From assembly GCA_010909165.1 (NCBI GenBank), contig MU008159.1, forward strand, positions 2,480,001 through 2,544,000: 64,000 bases of DNA. The letters run 5' to 3'. This document shows positions 23,901 through 37,000 of the stretch, piece after piece. Origin of the DNA: Anthoceros angustus. Its lineage: Eukaryota; Plantae; Anthocerotophyta. How positions within the stretch are numbered: the first letter of the stretch is position 1; every line of letters starts with the position of its first letter. The notes beneath the pieces were generated by a model, which saw only the letters and a program-made list of their open reading frames with translations, did no database searches and was not told the DNA's origin. Made by a program: the position numbers and the translations under genes.

Positions 23901-25932
23901 TCGAGCATCATGAAGCAAGGAGGAAATCATTTCGCAAGGTAAGGTTAAGACGCCCGCCACTCCATTCTGTTGGGGAGTGTAGACAACCGTAAGTTGTCGA
24001 CCAATTCCCTCGTCTTCTGATGGGACTGGAATTCGTTAGAGGTATATTCACCACCATTGTCGGACCTAAGAGTTTTAAGCTTTCCACCCAAATTGCTCAA
24101 AGAATTTGATGTACTCCTTGAAATAGGAGAAACATTCACTCTTGTTCTTCAGCATGTATGAAGTGACAAATCTGCTTTTGTCATCTGTAAATGTTAGGAA
24201 GTACTTGCCACCACCGATGGAATCCTGTGACAAGGGTCCACAAATATCAGTGTGCACAAGTTCTAGGAGATCATTGGCTCGGTGAGGGGCCTTATTCTTA
24301 AAGGCTGCTTGGTGCCTTTTCGAAAGCACACAAGCTTCACAAAGTGGGATAGCGGTCAAAGGGCCTATTTGTCCATCCTGGTAAAGGTCACTCACAGCCA
24401 ACTTCTGAAGTTTTGCCATGTGAGGATGACCAAGGCGGGCATGCCACAACTTAGATTTTGCTATCTCACAGTGATGCTGTGACACGCCCCTGTAAGGTGA
24501 GACTCGACTACTCCACTATGCAAATGGAGACGAAACAGATCATGGTCAGAAGACCCATAGGCAAGTACCTTCTGTGGTCAAATGCATCTATGACTTGACA
24601 ACTGCTCTAGTAAATAGGATATGGCAATTATTTTCTGCATTCAGTTTTCTAACCGAAATGAGATTTCTGGTCATGTCAGGCACGTAATAAACACCTTGCA
24701 GTGTCAGGGTGACTCCAGAAGAAACTGGCAAGTCTACTGTACCACGACCAGGAGATACCAAAGACCTATCATCTCCAAGGTAAACATACTGATCATTCAC
24801 TGACCTGAATGTTGTAAATGAGTTTCTATCAAAGCAGATATGAGCTGTTGCTCCTGTATCTAAGTACCACTCAGATGTGGGTTTTAAATGTGCTTTGGCA
24901 GACAAACATATAGGGAGCAAGAGTGGACTAGCAAACTCCCTGGTCCCAACAGTCAGGGCAGATGGAGTGTTTTGCTTTTTGACCACAACGTGTGTCTCAG
25001 CACTCGATGATCCCTCCTTGCGAGGTACTCCAGCCTGTTTCTTTCGACAATCACGTTCCCAATGTCCAGGTATTTTGCACCAATTGCAAGTACCTGATTT
25101 TTTATTTTTCTTGCTGGAAGGATTAGCTCATGAGCTACCTCCCTAGAGGAGCTACCACCACCACGAGAGGAGAATCTTCCACCTCCTCGTCCCGGTTTGA
25201 TGTGTACAAGGCCCTGTTGCTTGCTCAGAGCGCTCTTGCTAGCCTCCTCTTGAAGCATAGTACTAACAAGCTCGAGAATGACATCTCCGGCATCTCAATG
25301 CCTTGTTTCCTTGCTATGATGTAGCCTGGCTTGTGCAGCGTGTGATGTCACGAAATGTGACCAGGACTCGAAGCGAGAGGAGAAGTCTCATGACCAGTTC
25401 TTCTTGTCATGATTATTTTAGAGGCACCTTCTAGTTTTGAAGCGAGGGTCCTGAAGGTACTGATATGTCTCTCCACGGAATCTCCATCCTTCATTCTGTA
25501 GTTCTGAAAGTTGCGCATTGCTGCCATTGTACTAACCTTATTGGATCCTGCATAGAGATCAGAGAGACGGGTCCAAATCTCGGCCGAAGTTTTTGCCCCA
25601 CCAGTCTGCCTCAACATGTCAGATGTTAGGCCACTGCGTATAAGGTATTTGGCTGCGCTATCTTTAGCTAACCATTCTTTGCCAGACTTACCCTCTCCGG
25701 GATACTCTATCTTTCCGGTTGCATGTTTCAGCAAGTTCCTAACTTCAAGGATACCCTCCATCCGGATTACCCAAATATCATAGTCAGTACCATTAAACCT
25801 ATCCTTCTCCTTGAAGGAATCATTAGCAATGCCAGAGGATGATGAAGTGTCACCCATCCTAGGTTTGTGTGTTGACTCAAACTCGTCTTCCAAAGTTTCT
25901 GTTGTCTCCTGATCACTATCTGCTGCGTCCAT
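20933..25932 (-). pseudogene. Copia-1 gag-pol (frameshifted; RT/RNase H end repeated down to about 19780)
   Basis: gag DRFNGTDYDIWVIRMEGIL; zinc knuckle CNWCKIPGHWERDC; protease WYLDTGATAHIC; LWHARLGHP..CEAC; integrase [49 protein letters not shown], YVDDL; RNase H TDSDYAGDVDSRKS, HSRTKHVEVEYHYIR, SDILTKAL. Confidence 0.95.
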
Positions 25933-25941
25933 AGGACTAAC

Positions 25942-26503
25942 TTATAGTGGGTGTTGGTTGTGGTGCTGCAGGGTTTGATCCCAAGCAGCCCTACATGCAG
26001 CAATTCTAGAGCTCCTCATCTCAAACTTATTGTATGCGTAAGTTGAGCATGAAGGACAAGAATTAGGTGAGTCAAACTTCCTCTCGTGATTAGTTTTGCT
26101 CACGTGCTTACTATGCTTGAATCTTTGGATTACTAAGCAATTCAGTTTCAATAGCATCACTAGCTTGTAATCTATATGAACAAGTCGCTCCTTCAAGTCC
26201 CGGAGATCAATCGTGGAAATATGGCCAGCAATTTGATTGCATCTCGCTTCAACATTCTGTTATTAGCCTCAAGACGAACAAGTGTGTTTACACGATTTGT
26301 GATGCGGCCGATTGTGAGGAAGCCGTCGGTGGTCATTTCCATCAAGTGGTTGTACCAGAGCGCTTGAGTTGTTCTTGTCTTGGAGGAAGTGTGAATGTAA
26401 GATCAAGCTCCTGTGGGAATAGCAATTCAACAATTGTGTTGAATGCTTCCTTTAGCTCTTCACTGGTTGAGTCCGTGCTCGTGGCTCCATTCTCGACGCA
26501 CAT
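25942..26503 (-). CDS. Putative extra ORF upstream of Copia-1 gag (two apparent frameshifts)
   Basis: ATG at 26503: MCVENGATSTDSTSEELKEAFNTIVELLFPQEL.. / ALWYNHLMEMTTDGFLTIGRITNRVNTLVRLEANN.. / DLRDLKERLVHIDYKLVMLLKLNCLV...QHPL*, ending just before the gag frame. Confidence 0.4.
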
Positions 26504-26968
26504 GTAATTGATTGGCTAGTGTTAGCCTATCTAGGACTCTATATCTATTACGCCTAGGAATCGATTGTAGGCGATCCCAGCCTCTGGGCTCGGGATATTT
26601 GCCATGGCTTCAAGCCGGTTGATGTTTTCTAGGATGCAGAACTTCTGCATTTTAGAAATTCTTTATAAAACTATATGCAAATCTGCCTATTAGGCAGTTG
26701 TTCTAGTGCATTTTCATGGAATTGTCTAAATTGGCAATTTCAATGAAGATGCATTAGAAAACCTGTCTGATACTGCAGAAATTTGCATATGTTTTTCCTA
26801 AAAGAAAACATCATAAACTATTTTCTTGAAAATCTTCTTGTTTCTTTATTTGACTTCATTTTCAAAACAAGAAAACAACAGAAGACAAATTCATGCACAT
26901 CTTCTAGTGCAGAATTTTTATGTGCATCTATTTAGATGCTTTCTACATAGTATCTTGCTCTGATACCA

Positions 26969-27214
26969 TGACAATTTATATGGATTATGTAGATTAATTA
27001 CAACATTAAGTAATTACAGATTAATTGAGAATCAAGAAAAGAGTCTAAAGTGCTTATGCGAAAAGGCAACTTAAACTTAATCTAAACGATGTGACTATTC
27101 ACGAAAAGTCGTAACCCTAACGAAAAGACATCTACCTAACTCAACATCATACTAAGGATTATTTATCGTAATTATCCTTAGACCTATAGTCATGATATCA
27201 ACATAATACCAATA
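26969..27214 (-). repeat. Copia-1 5' LTR
   Basis: Directly abuts the PBS (no spacer); flanked by TSD ATGGA. Confidence 0.97.
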
Positions 27215-28761
27215 ATGGATGCATGGGAAAATGCAGGGCCAGGGGAGAGAGCGAATGGACGCGGTTGGAGTGTGAAGCGGAAATCAGCTTTTGCTCTCCA
27301 CTTGCCCTACTTACGATCTATTCCCAGGTTGTGGCTGAAGGACGTGATGCACACTGAGGTGAACAATGCCCAAGCGTTATGGAACATTTGGACTGGAGTT
27401 TGGGACACGCACAATGCCAAGGTTGACCTCGTTGACTTGGACTCCAAGCCTTGGTTGTGGCCTGTTGTTGACGACCATGATGAGACCCACCTGCCGGATG
27501 CATCGTACGCACTTTCGAAAACTGACATTCAAGCGGTGAAAGATGAGCTTTGTAGGATCAGACCACCAACTGCCTTCGGCGCAAACCTTTCCTCTTCTTT
27601 TGGTGGGTCTAAAATAACTGGTCTAAAGAGCCATGATTGGCACCTTCTGATGCATTTTTCCCTATTGCCTTGCGGGCGTTTGAAGGGGCCTGAGTATGCC
27701 TGTTTTGTTGAGCTTAGTGGCTTATACCGCTGGATATGTCGGAAGGTTATAAATCCAGCTGAGATTCCAGCAATGCAGGTTAAGATGGTGAACACTATAG
27801 TGGCATTGGAGCGGTGTTATCCGTCAGTCTTGTGGAACCCTATGCAACACCTGCTCATCCACCTCCTGGACGAGGTAGAAACGCATGGCCCAGTCCACGT
27901 CCGATGGATGTACCCTGTGGAGAGGCATCTCCATGTATTGAAGCAGTCGATCCGCCAGCGAGCAAAGCCGAAAGGGAGCATGGCCACAGGGCATCTTGCC
28001 ATGGAGAGCATGTTTTTCGCGAGTGATTTCCTGGCAGCAAGGACCCCTGGTGAAGCACATTTATTCCAGCAAACCACGCATTCCCGCACCGAGGAGCGGC
28101 CCGTGGGGAAAGGCAAGCGAAAACCACATGCGCTCAAGAGCGAAAGCGTCTGCATTGGCACTTCCTCCGCATTCGGGTCGTGCGAGTCGACTCGATGGCG
28201 CGACCGAGGCGCTTTTGACATGGTTGGGCGGGGGTTCTTTCGGGGAGGTGGGCAAGCATGGAAGACTACAATGACCTCCAGCGCTATGGTGTTTGGTCCC
28301 GAATCAAGGTAACTACTTACCGCGGTTTGGACACGATGGGGTACCACTATCGCACTAAGGAATCGATGCAAATCGGTCAACAGATAGTTGGGTTTTGGCA
28401 CATTCGACATGGAGGACCAGCCGGTTGATTTTACGGGCAAGTGGATGGGATATTCGATGTTGCTTTCGAGGCGGCGGACTTTACCGCCTTCGTCCTCGTG
28501 ATCCAGTGGTTTGGCGAATTCACACCAACCCTGCGTCTATGGGCCCGGATTGCGGTGGGTTTACCGCTGATCGATACAAGGCGCTTGTACCGTTATCGGC
28601 GAGACCATAAGACCGGCCTTCACATTCCCTCGTGCACAGCATTGGCACATCCGGATGTGGGAGGGGGGCGGTTGGTACATTTGCACCTGTTCCTTCCAAA
28701 TGGGATTTCTTACTAGAAAGGGATGAAGACACACCGTAGACAAGCGTGAGCAAATGCATCA

Positions 28762-30760
28762 TTATGGGCGATTACGAATAAGGCACTCGATGGCCGCAAA
28801 ATTGCGACTCGGGACCAGCGCTCTTCTTATCACTCCTTGGGCGGGTGGGTGTGGGTGCCCGGCCGTGATTGCGCAAATGATGCACCGTGTCGAGCTCGGC
28901 CGCCCGATTAAATGCGTGATCAAAGGTTGTCTGCGATCGGCGGTGCTCCCCATGAAACCCGTGGATCGAGCCTGAGCAGTCTGAGTGAGTGGACGTAATT
29001 TGGCAATGATGCAGCATCTGGTCGCATTAATGGCTATTGCTCCGTGTTGCTTTGGGCAGTTCAGCGGACTCAGATGAAAATGCTAACAATATGCAATGGA
29101 AACGCCAACAATATGCAATTGGATCTAGTGAACCACGACCATTGCACTCAGAAGGGCCACACAAAAATGAGCCCGCTCAGGGGCGACCCAAAACCTGGCC
29201 GCAAGGATGCTACACTAAACTACCCGTGGGGTCCTGCACCGAACAGTCCGCGTGCGGGCGACACAAAAGTGTTCATGGCCTGGATGAAGCCTGAAGCTCA
29301 GGTCTTCCTACCCAAACAAGAAATCAGAGGTGGCATTCCCACGACGCACTTCCACTTCAAGCGGGAGGTGCAGGGCAGTTGGCGCGAACATGAAAGCGAA
29401 AACAGATCCCACAATCAAGGCATGCCCTTTGCGAGCACCCATGCAATGGCAACATCGCACGATAAGGTCACAAGCCTCGAGTATATGGAAGGTACCCTCG
29501 TCGTTCAAGCGAAAGTCGACGTATGCCACAAAATGCTCGAGCCATTGTACACGAAACGCAATTTGAGCAAACCCCACTACCCATTTGCGATCGACCGACT
29601 TCTTCATAAGAGCCAATTTCCCCCCCACGCGGTGGCGGCCCGGCGGCAGCGGTTCTCGAGCCACATCCGATTGCCGGCATGGCTCCCACCGTAGATGCGG
29701 TGCAACATCGCCACCCTCATCCGTTGCCTTCACCCGGTAGCAGTTCACCCTCGGCGAAACCCGCAAATCCTCCGCCACGGTGATGGCGTGCGTGCTCTCC
29801 TCCCCAAAGGCGGGCTCCGGCTCCACGCGGATATCAAATCGGCTCAAACTCGGTGGCGCTTGAACATCAAGGTGAGCGCTTGGGTCCCTACCTCCACAAC
29901 CATCGCCATGTTCTTGATTCTCATTCTTTCGCATCTCACCCGGTATGTCCACTATGAATTCACCGAGTTCTTTAGCGCTCCAACACGCCGCTTCCCCACC
30001 GTGATGGCACCCAACCCACCACGGCCTATTCGTCTTGTCCTCGCCGCACAAGCACAGGGCCTCCGTCGTAATGGGACAGTTGGGCCCAATGGTATTCCTT
30101 CATCGTCGACGAAAGCCGGCGGCTCGACAAGCATCGACCACTTACCGGTGTCTCCAAGAAAACTCCTAGTCGATCGACATCCCTAAGCGGAATGCTTGGG
30201 CAACAACATAGTCACCGACCGAGAGGAGTGGGGCATGATTCCAAGACCGATGGGCTTGGCGGAGGCGGGCATCTTGCATCTCCTTCCGCCGCTTTGTGAG
30301 GCTCCACATAGCGGGACACATAATCGGTGAGGCTTCGGCGACCACCGCCATCGGAGGGGCGTCGGATCTCCCGGGGTTCTTGGGCAACCCAATTGCAAAT
30401 CCATCCTGGCTGTCGTCCGACATCGCCGAGGGCGTGAAGTGTTTGAGCGGAAGATGCCACAACGAATTCTTGGAATGATTCGAAAGCGAGCCGTAGTGGT
30501 CGGATGTAGACCCGAAATGCGTGTCAATCCCACAGGGCGTGGTTTAAGCGGGCGGAATATTCTGGCCTTGAAGAATATCTCCTCGTCAGCGTAAACCCCA
30601 TCACGTCGGCAGCGTGCACTGACCTTACCGGACATGGTCTGACGGCCTGCCAATCGTGATGTCAGCGTCTCCACCAACAAGCGCGAGTACATGTCAGCGT
30701 CCCCTTCGATGACAAGCTCGAGTACATGGCCATTGGGCGTACCCCCTTTTGACACCAATT
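28762..30760 (-). pseudogene. Unknown accessory gene (ORF-X) of CACTA element 1, antisense to the transposase
   Basis: Chain of minus-strand frames (30183-30758, 30166-30462, 29952-30134, 29308-30051, 28762-28953) with motifs shared with 44280-45255 and 62750-64000. Confidence 0.5.
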
Positions 30761-32429
30761 CTCATCAGCTTGTTGGCGTGTGAAGGGGTGGTGGTGGTTG
30801 GTGTCTTAATAGAAAACCTCGCGGCAATGCTCATCTGAAGGATGCCATGGACTCGCAGGCATCCGTCCCGAGTTTTGCCCTCAACTGGTCAGAAGAGCCG
30901 GCCTTGGTCAGTGGGTCGCCTCGGAGGAGCCGGCACATTCCCCGTCGTATACCACAACAGTTGGTAGCAGGCGGGGAGCAAGCCACGTCGATGGCCAGCT
31001 CTCAAATGGCCACAATAGATGATGGTGGAAACCTTGGGAGGGAACTCGATGATGCGAGGCAAGCGTTGAGCATGACTCCATGGTTTGGTTTCGTCGTCTG
31101 GGCTGCATGGACTGCGTTTTCTTGAATATGTATACCCATGAGGTGTTGCCGATCATACGGTGCCCGCAATGCATGCACTTGGGGTCGAAATTGCGGATTC
31201 GAAGCAATGGGGAAGCGAAAGTGATGGTAACAGGCGGGACAGCAGAAGCTTCCACACGACGGTAGCCCTTGTCGCAATTCAGTGTTAATCCATATGTCGG
31301 CCCGAAGCAGGCCACCCTTGTAATCACTGCTTTCTATAAGACAACCTTCAATGTTTGAAGGCGATGGGCTGTGGTCCTCTTTGGTTACGAGACCCACCAT
31401 TTGCAAGACAACTGTAACGTGCATGCAACGGCAATTGAGGACCCTACAGGCCCTGCTGCAAGCCAATGTCGAAGCAGACATTGCGAAGGCGCGCGATGGC
31501 GGTGGGAACGACAAGCAGAAACGGGTGCGAAGCGGAAATGGGTGCTGCGTGCTTGCGAGTGGGTGTGACTGGAAACCTGCACCACAGCGCAAATGGCGTG
31601 ACTGTGGTGGCGTCATCAGCTGTGGCAAGGATGGGCAGTGGCGGCTCATGCCGGAGGTGCCCGACTCTGACAATGTCCGATGCCCAGTGTACGTGCAGCG
31701 CGCAACCAGTTTTGCCTAGTGGCAACTTGAACGGGAGCGTGATGGACCACTGAAGGCGCAAAAGGGTTGCGCTCTGACAAAGCGGACATGGTGGCAGTGG
31801 CCCACACACCAATGTTCTGCTGGCTTTCTGCTGATTGGACCCGACTGTGTGCAATGACGTAGGTGGGTAGACGGCGCTGCACCAAGGCATTGGAGGGCTG
31901 GTGAATAGTCAAGGACGTTAGTGTTCAAACGCTGGGCGTGATTGTAGCATCTGCCAGTGTTTAAACATGATCTACACCGCTTCTTTCTCTTACATGTGTG
32001 TAATGTTCACAGTTGGCTATGTCCAAGGACATCCACAGACGGCCTCGGACACTGCGAAGGTTGTCCAGTCGAGTCCACATAATGACATTACGCGTGCTGG
32101 GCGGCAATCGGCATGTCACCCTCACGGAAGGAGACCACGTATACTTCTAAAGGGGTGGGCGGACGAGGAGGGACTTGCAAGATGGGAGGATGATGAAGGA
32201 GACCGCAATGTGGGTGTCAATGACAACAACAGTATGGACTCACGGACATGCGAGGAGGAGGACAAATCGATGGCGACCTCCACCAATGGCATGGCGAAGA
32301 GCATGGACGATTACACTCAACCACTCCACCGCCTGTGGAAGGAGGCCGCTGTCGGACTTGATAAGGCCTCGCCACTTCTGGAGGTCATCCAGTGATCAAG
32401 TTCATGGTGCTCGCCTGATTATTCGTCTT

Positions 32430-33063
32430 TGTGCAGAGGCCGCGAAAGGTGGGCAGACATGTCCGTGACGGTGTCACCGGGGAAAAGAGTCTGGAGAAGA
32501 GAATTCAAGGCGGTTACCACAAAGCTCACTTTTCTAAAGTGTTGGACCAAGCACCCACCGGAGATGCGCCTGGAGCTGGTGGACCTGGTAGCCGTGGAGT
32601 TTCCAGCCGTCACGAATAGAGAGGTGATCAAGACAAAATTCTCCAACTGCGTGCGAGCAAAGAACTACAACTCCCTGAAGAAAGTGAAGGAAGGAGCTTG
32701 GATTATGCGGACACGAGGGACCAGAGAGCCTATGGCGGTGCATACAGGGTATCTGCACGGAAGCATGGTGGGCTGCTATTGAGTGGGGTGTTGAGCGGTA
32801 TGAGCGTGGGAATGGTTCTTGGCGAGGTGCCCGAGATAACTTGAAACCGAATGGCGAAGCATGGGCTAGGAACCAACTTGTTTGGCAGAGGAGGTGGCAC
32901 TGACTTCAAACGGCGGTATCTGAATATGTGGGGGGAGGACCCGAACTTGGAGGAAACCAAATGGGGAGTACTGCATGGGGTTGAGGAAATGCCAATTTTT
33001 TGGGCCGCTAATGGAATCCGCAGAGGTGACTGGTGGTTTTCGAATAGTTTTGCATCAGATTGA
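32430..33063 (+). pseudogene. TnpA-like (second CACTA gene) conserved core, element 1
   Basis: KRVWRREFKAV...VAVEFP...RAKNYNSLKKV; EAWWAAIEWG; KHGLGTNLFGRGG; NLEETKWGVLHG. Position downstream of Tnp2 and the GRGG motif recall TnpA/Ptta-type proteins; paralogues at 36480-37000 and 57100-57616. Confidence 0.6.
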
Positions 33064-36000
33064 TTATTAGTGGTAAGGCGCTTGTGTTCTCACCCTGGTG
33101 GGATTCCATGTATTGTGCTTTTTAGATGATGTTCACATGGGAAGACATGGACTGCCACAACAGACAACGAAAGAGACTGGCCAAGCGCATGAAGGTAAGA
33201 GCTTGGCTTTCATGAACAGTGTCCTTTGGAAGATAGAAAGGATGTGAATCGGCTGATCTGGTGTCTTAGAACTATCCGTTGAATATATGCGCTTTGTTTC
33301 CTTGCAGCAGTGGTAGACCTGGCCTCCATCGACCTCGTCCTATCAACGCCGGAGGCCCCCCGAACGAACTGCCGTAGAATGACAAGGAGGGCGGTGCGGG
33401 ATGGCAATGCATTAGCCGGTGTGGAGGCAGCGAACGAACCAGAGCTGCTCTCGCGCCCAGTTGTGGCTACACAGTCAGGGAAGAGGAAGGATGGCGGAGT
33501 GTCAACAGGCCGGAAGCACGCAAAGAAGGGAATGCTTGCTGTTGGCGGGCAATTTTAGGATTTTCGACTCTAAGGCATCTGTAGGGATATATGGACAAAC
33601 TGGCGCCACCATTGAACATGGGAAGGCAGTTTTGTGAACAATCCAGGTACATGACCGACTGAAAGGTTTGGCTTGCTCTGGAGTAAGTAAGGTACAGCAT
33701 GGTAACTACTTTATGGTAGTCGCATGAAGGGAAAAACAGTCGACGCCCACCATTATGGTTCCTACGAACAAGGATAATTATATACATAAAATTATGATAC
33801 TCATCACGTTGTTTCTTAACCCTACTAGAAAAGGGCACCCTATGTTACACTTTATGTTAAGATTTGGACCCCTGGATGTAACACTCATGTTGCAATTTTG
33901 GGGTCATGTAACACTTATTGCGCCCCTTGTTACACTTTGGCTTGGAAACCATACCACGGCCGTTGTTGCAATCATGTTGCAATGGTGTTGCAATTATGTT
34001 AAGATGAAGAGAGGTGGTTTTGCCTCTCTCAAAATTGCAACATGATTGCAACATCTAAAGTGTTACAAGAGAGGTCTTGTAACACTTTTGGAGGCTTGGT
34101 ACCGAACCTCCTCCCCATCCACTATTCCTTTTACTTTTGCCCTTGGCAATACCACGTTTACTTGGTAGTTACCATGTCGCCCTTCAATACGACCATATAT
34201 AAAATACATGCGAATACATCCTTATACTATACACATGTAGTCTCTGATAAATGTAATATATTATTCTAAGTGCTATAAGGCGTATTCAATTTCATATAAA
34301 ATAAGTTTGTATACTATCGTATTCCATACGTACCTTTGCATACATATTCATGATGCGGTACTATGTATTTACTATACGTGTAAATAGCGGCTCTTTCTAC
34401 CCCTACTTTATAGCATGCCGGCGGTTTGTCCTTCCACGTCACCAATAATAGCGGCTTCCATATTACTTGTCCCCACCTATCACCTTATTGTGACGCATCA
34501 CGTGAGGTTATGCCCCTACAAGATTGTCTTTGTGCGGAGGAGTTTTGGTATGCTCGCTTATGCTTTTACGCCTCCATGTAAGGCACTTCCTACTCGTCAT
34601 CGTATGCACCTCGAAACTTCCGCCTCCGTTCGATTCCCAATTTTCTTCTTCCCCCTCCGCGTTGGAGGCAAGCTTTGCCACTTCTACTTCCCTCCACGCC
34701 TGGGCACACGTTGCACATACAAACCAGCATGGCCATCATGAGTTACCCAACGTTAATGGGTGTACCAATCACCATAGCGACCATTTGCCTTACCTTCCGT
34801 CCTCCTCGTATCTTACCTTCTTGGTGGGCCTTTCCTCCGTCCTTCTTCCGGCCGCCGTGCCCTTGTCACTCGCCCACCGGCTGCCGCCTCTACTCCTCCT
34901 CCTCTTTTCCTCTTCGCCCGCCACCCCTTTATCGCGGTGGCGTTGCCTCAGGGCTCCACTATGTAGGTCCATGCTCTCGGCCGGAGGCAAGATATGTGTC
35001 TGCACGTGGGCACATCGTCCTCTTGACTGCCTCTTGGATCGTCCACTATCCAGCGTCCCCCGTCTGTCCCCTTGCCTGCATCGTATGCACCTCTGGAAAC
35101 TTCCGCCCTCGTTCGATTCCCAATTTTCTTCTTCCCCCTCATGCGTTGGTGAGGCAAGCTTTGCCACTTCTACCGCTTCCCTCCACGCCTTCGCTGCATT
35201 GCACATACAAACCAGCATGGCCATCATGAGTTACCCGTTAATGGGTGTACCAATCACCATAGTGACCATTTGCCTTACCTTCCTCCGTCCTCCTCGTATC
35301 TTACGCCCTTGGTGGGCCTTTCCTCCGTCCCTATCGCGGCCCGTGCCCTTGTCACTCGCCCGCCGCCGCCTCTACTCCTCCTCTTTTCCTCTTCGCCCGC
35401 CACCCCTTTATCGCGGTGGCGTTGCCTCAGGGCTCCACTATGTAGGTCCATGCTCTCGGCCGGAGGTGCAAGATATGTGCACGAAATTAGGCACATCGTC
35501 CTCTTGACTGCCTCTTGGATCGTCCACTATCCAGCGTCCCCCGTCTGTCCCCCCTTGCATCGTGCGGCCTTTGCCCATATCAAAGGCGCACGCATGATGC
35601 CCTCTTGAACCTCCTTCATTCTCTCTCCCCCACGGACATCGCCTCATGCTAGTGGCGCCTTTTTTTGGCCCCGCCCGAGCATGGATCTGCTGGGTGATCC
35701 ACCGCCGCCCCCGCCACCCGCTCCTCCTACTCCCCTGCGTTTTGGCTGTCCACCGTGCACACAAGTGTGTTTCCTCCACAGTGACGGATCGTTGCCCCTC
35801 CGTGGTCCACCACCCGACTCCGCCTCCACACTCATTGTTCACGCCATTCAGCGTCGTCAATCCATCCGATCCCAACGGCCTCCACCCTCCGCAAACATGG
35901 CCGTCACCTTCGGTCTCGGGCACTCCTCCACCTCTTCTCCGGTGCTTGCTGCCACGTGACCTGACCCTCGTCGCCTGCCTCCATCACACCATTCCGGGCA

Positions 36001-36479
36001 TGCGGCTTCCACCAAAACAGGCGATCGTGGTGTCGCGGCACCACAATTCGTCCATCTTGTCGTCGTTTCCCCTCTGCTGCCTCCCCTCACCTTGCGCCCT
36101 CGTGACCGTGGCCCGTCTCCACTTCACTCTTGTTTCATCGTCGCCTTTCCCCCTTCCAATACGTTGTGCCCCGCCTCCTCTCCTCCTCCCCCAAGCCCCT
36201 TCCGTGCCATCCTTCCTTCCTAGCCTCTCCACGTCCACGCCACCACGTGCACCACACGCCTCCCACCCCTTCCTTCCGTCGCCTCGGAAGGCCACCATAT
36301 CGGATCCATCTCCAATTCAATGTCATTAAGCAAAATGGTCATTTCCTTGTTCTCCTTGCAATGGCTGAATCTCGGTGTCTTGTCATACACTCCCCTGCCT
36401 TACCAGTAGGAACTCGCAGAACCCCACTATCGCGGACCGCCCACAGGCTGCATGGAAATCGTCCTCTTCAACCTCCCAT

Positions 36480-37000
36480 ACTCGCCTCTTCCGTTGGAAA
36501 CCGCCCATCTTGATTCTCAAACCTCACCACCAGTGACGCCCTCCCTTTCCCCATGGGTTTGGACCCATCCCGTTTTGGCTAGCCTCTCTTTTGCTGCGAT
36601 TTCGTACTTGATGGCTCAAACTTCCGTTCCTCTTCAACTCCATCCGAGCCCATGCAAGTGCATCTTCCCACTCTTCGTCATCCACCATGCTCGGTTTCTT
36701 CCCATGTCCTCCCCCTACCATTTCCTCTAGCGCCGCCGCAGCTTCCACACATCGAGTGCGTGTCGCGTCATGCGAAGTGTCGGCTTATCTTGGACTTGAC
36801 CACCAGTGCAGGAATGCTTGAACCGGATTTCACTAACGTGCTTTCTCTTCTTTGAACGTCCGCCATCTTGCGGTACCGAGTTCATTCACAACCTTCGTCC
36901 TCACGGTACCAGATTCTGCGTGCCTTGCTTGCTCGGCCGAACAACATGAGTCCCTCCCCACTTCATGTGGTTGCATGGCCTCCTTGACCATTTCACCCCA
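36480..37000 (-). pseudogene. TnpA-like gene, left arm of element 2
   Basis: RRIWYRE; EEWEDALAWARMELKRNGS; SQNGMGPNPWGKGG; ESRWAVSNG, colinear with the motifs at 32430-33063. Confidence 0.6.

Larger units (their letters stand above)
18353..27214 (-). mobile_element. Ty1/Copia LTR retrotransposon Copia-1, full length
   Basis: 246-bp LTRs at 18353-18598 and 26969-27214 (4 mismatches, all C/T); TSD ATGGA (18348-18352, 27215-27219); tRNA-iMet PBS TGGTATCAGAGC (26957-26968); PPT CAACAAGTGGGAG (18599-18611); gag-PR-IN-RT-RH order. Confidence 0.97.
17330..28716 (+). pseudogene. CACTA TnpD/Tnp2 transposase (Transposase_21, DUF4218- and DUF4216-like regions), split by Copia-1
   Basis: RIDACVGDCCLF, LGISTDGFNP, SIWPVFLFIHNLPPWL, IIPGPKQVKNLDVYLQLLMEEL, CDYPGLG (17330-18352); KDVMHTEVN, GLKSHDWH, HLLIHL, GPVHVRWMYPVERHL, FYGQVDGIF (27215-28716). 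Removing the Copia and one TSD restores ...DEMDAWENAG... in frame. Confidence 0.93.

Noticed and set aside
34415-36330. Long Pro/Leu/Ser-rich ORFs (e.g. 327 aa at 34524)
   Set aside because: GC-rich, low-complexity, duplicated sequence with overlapping ORFs in all frames and no recognisable domain.
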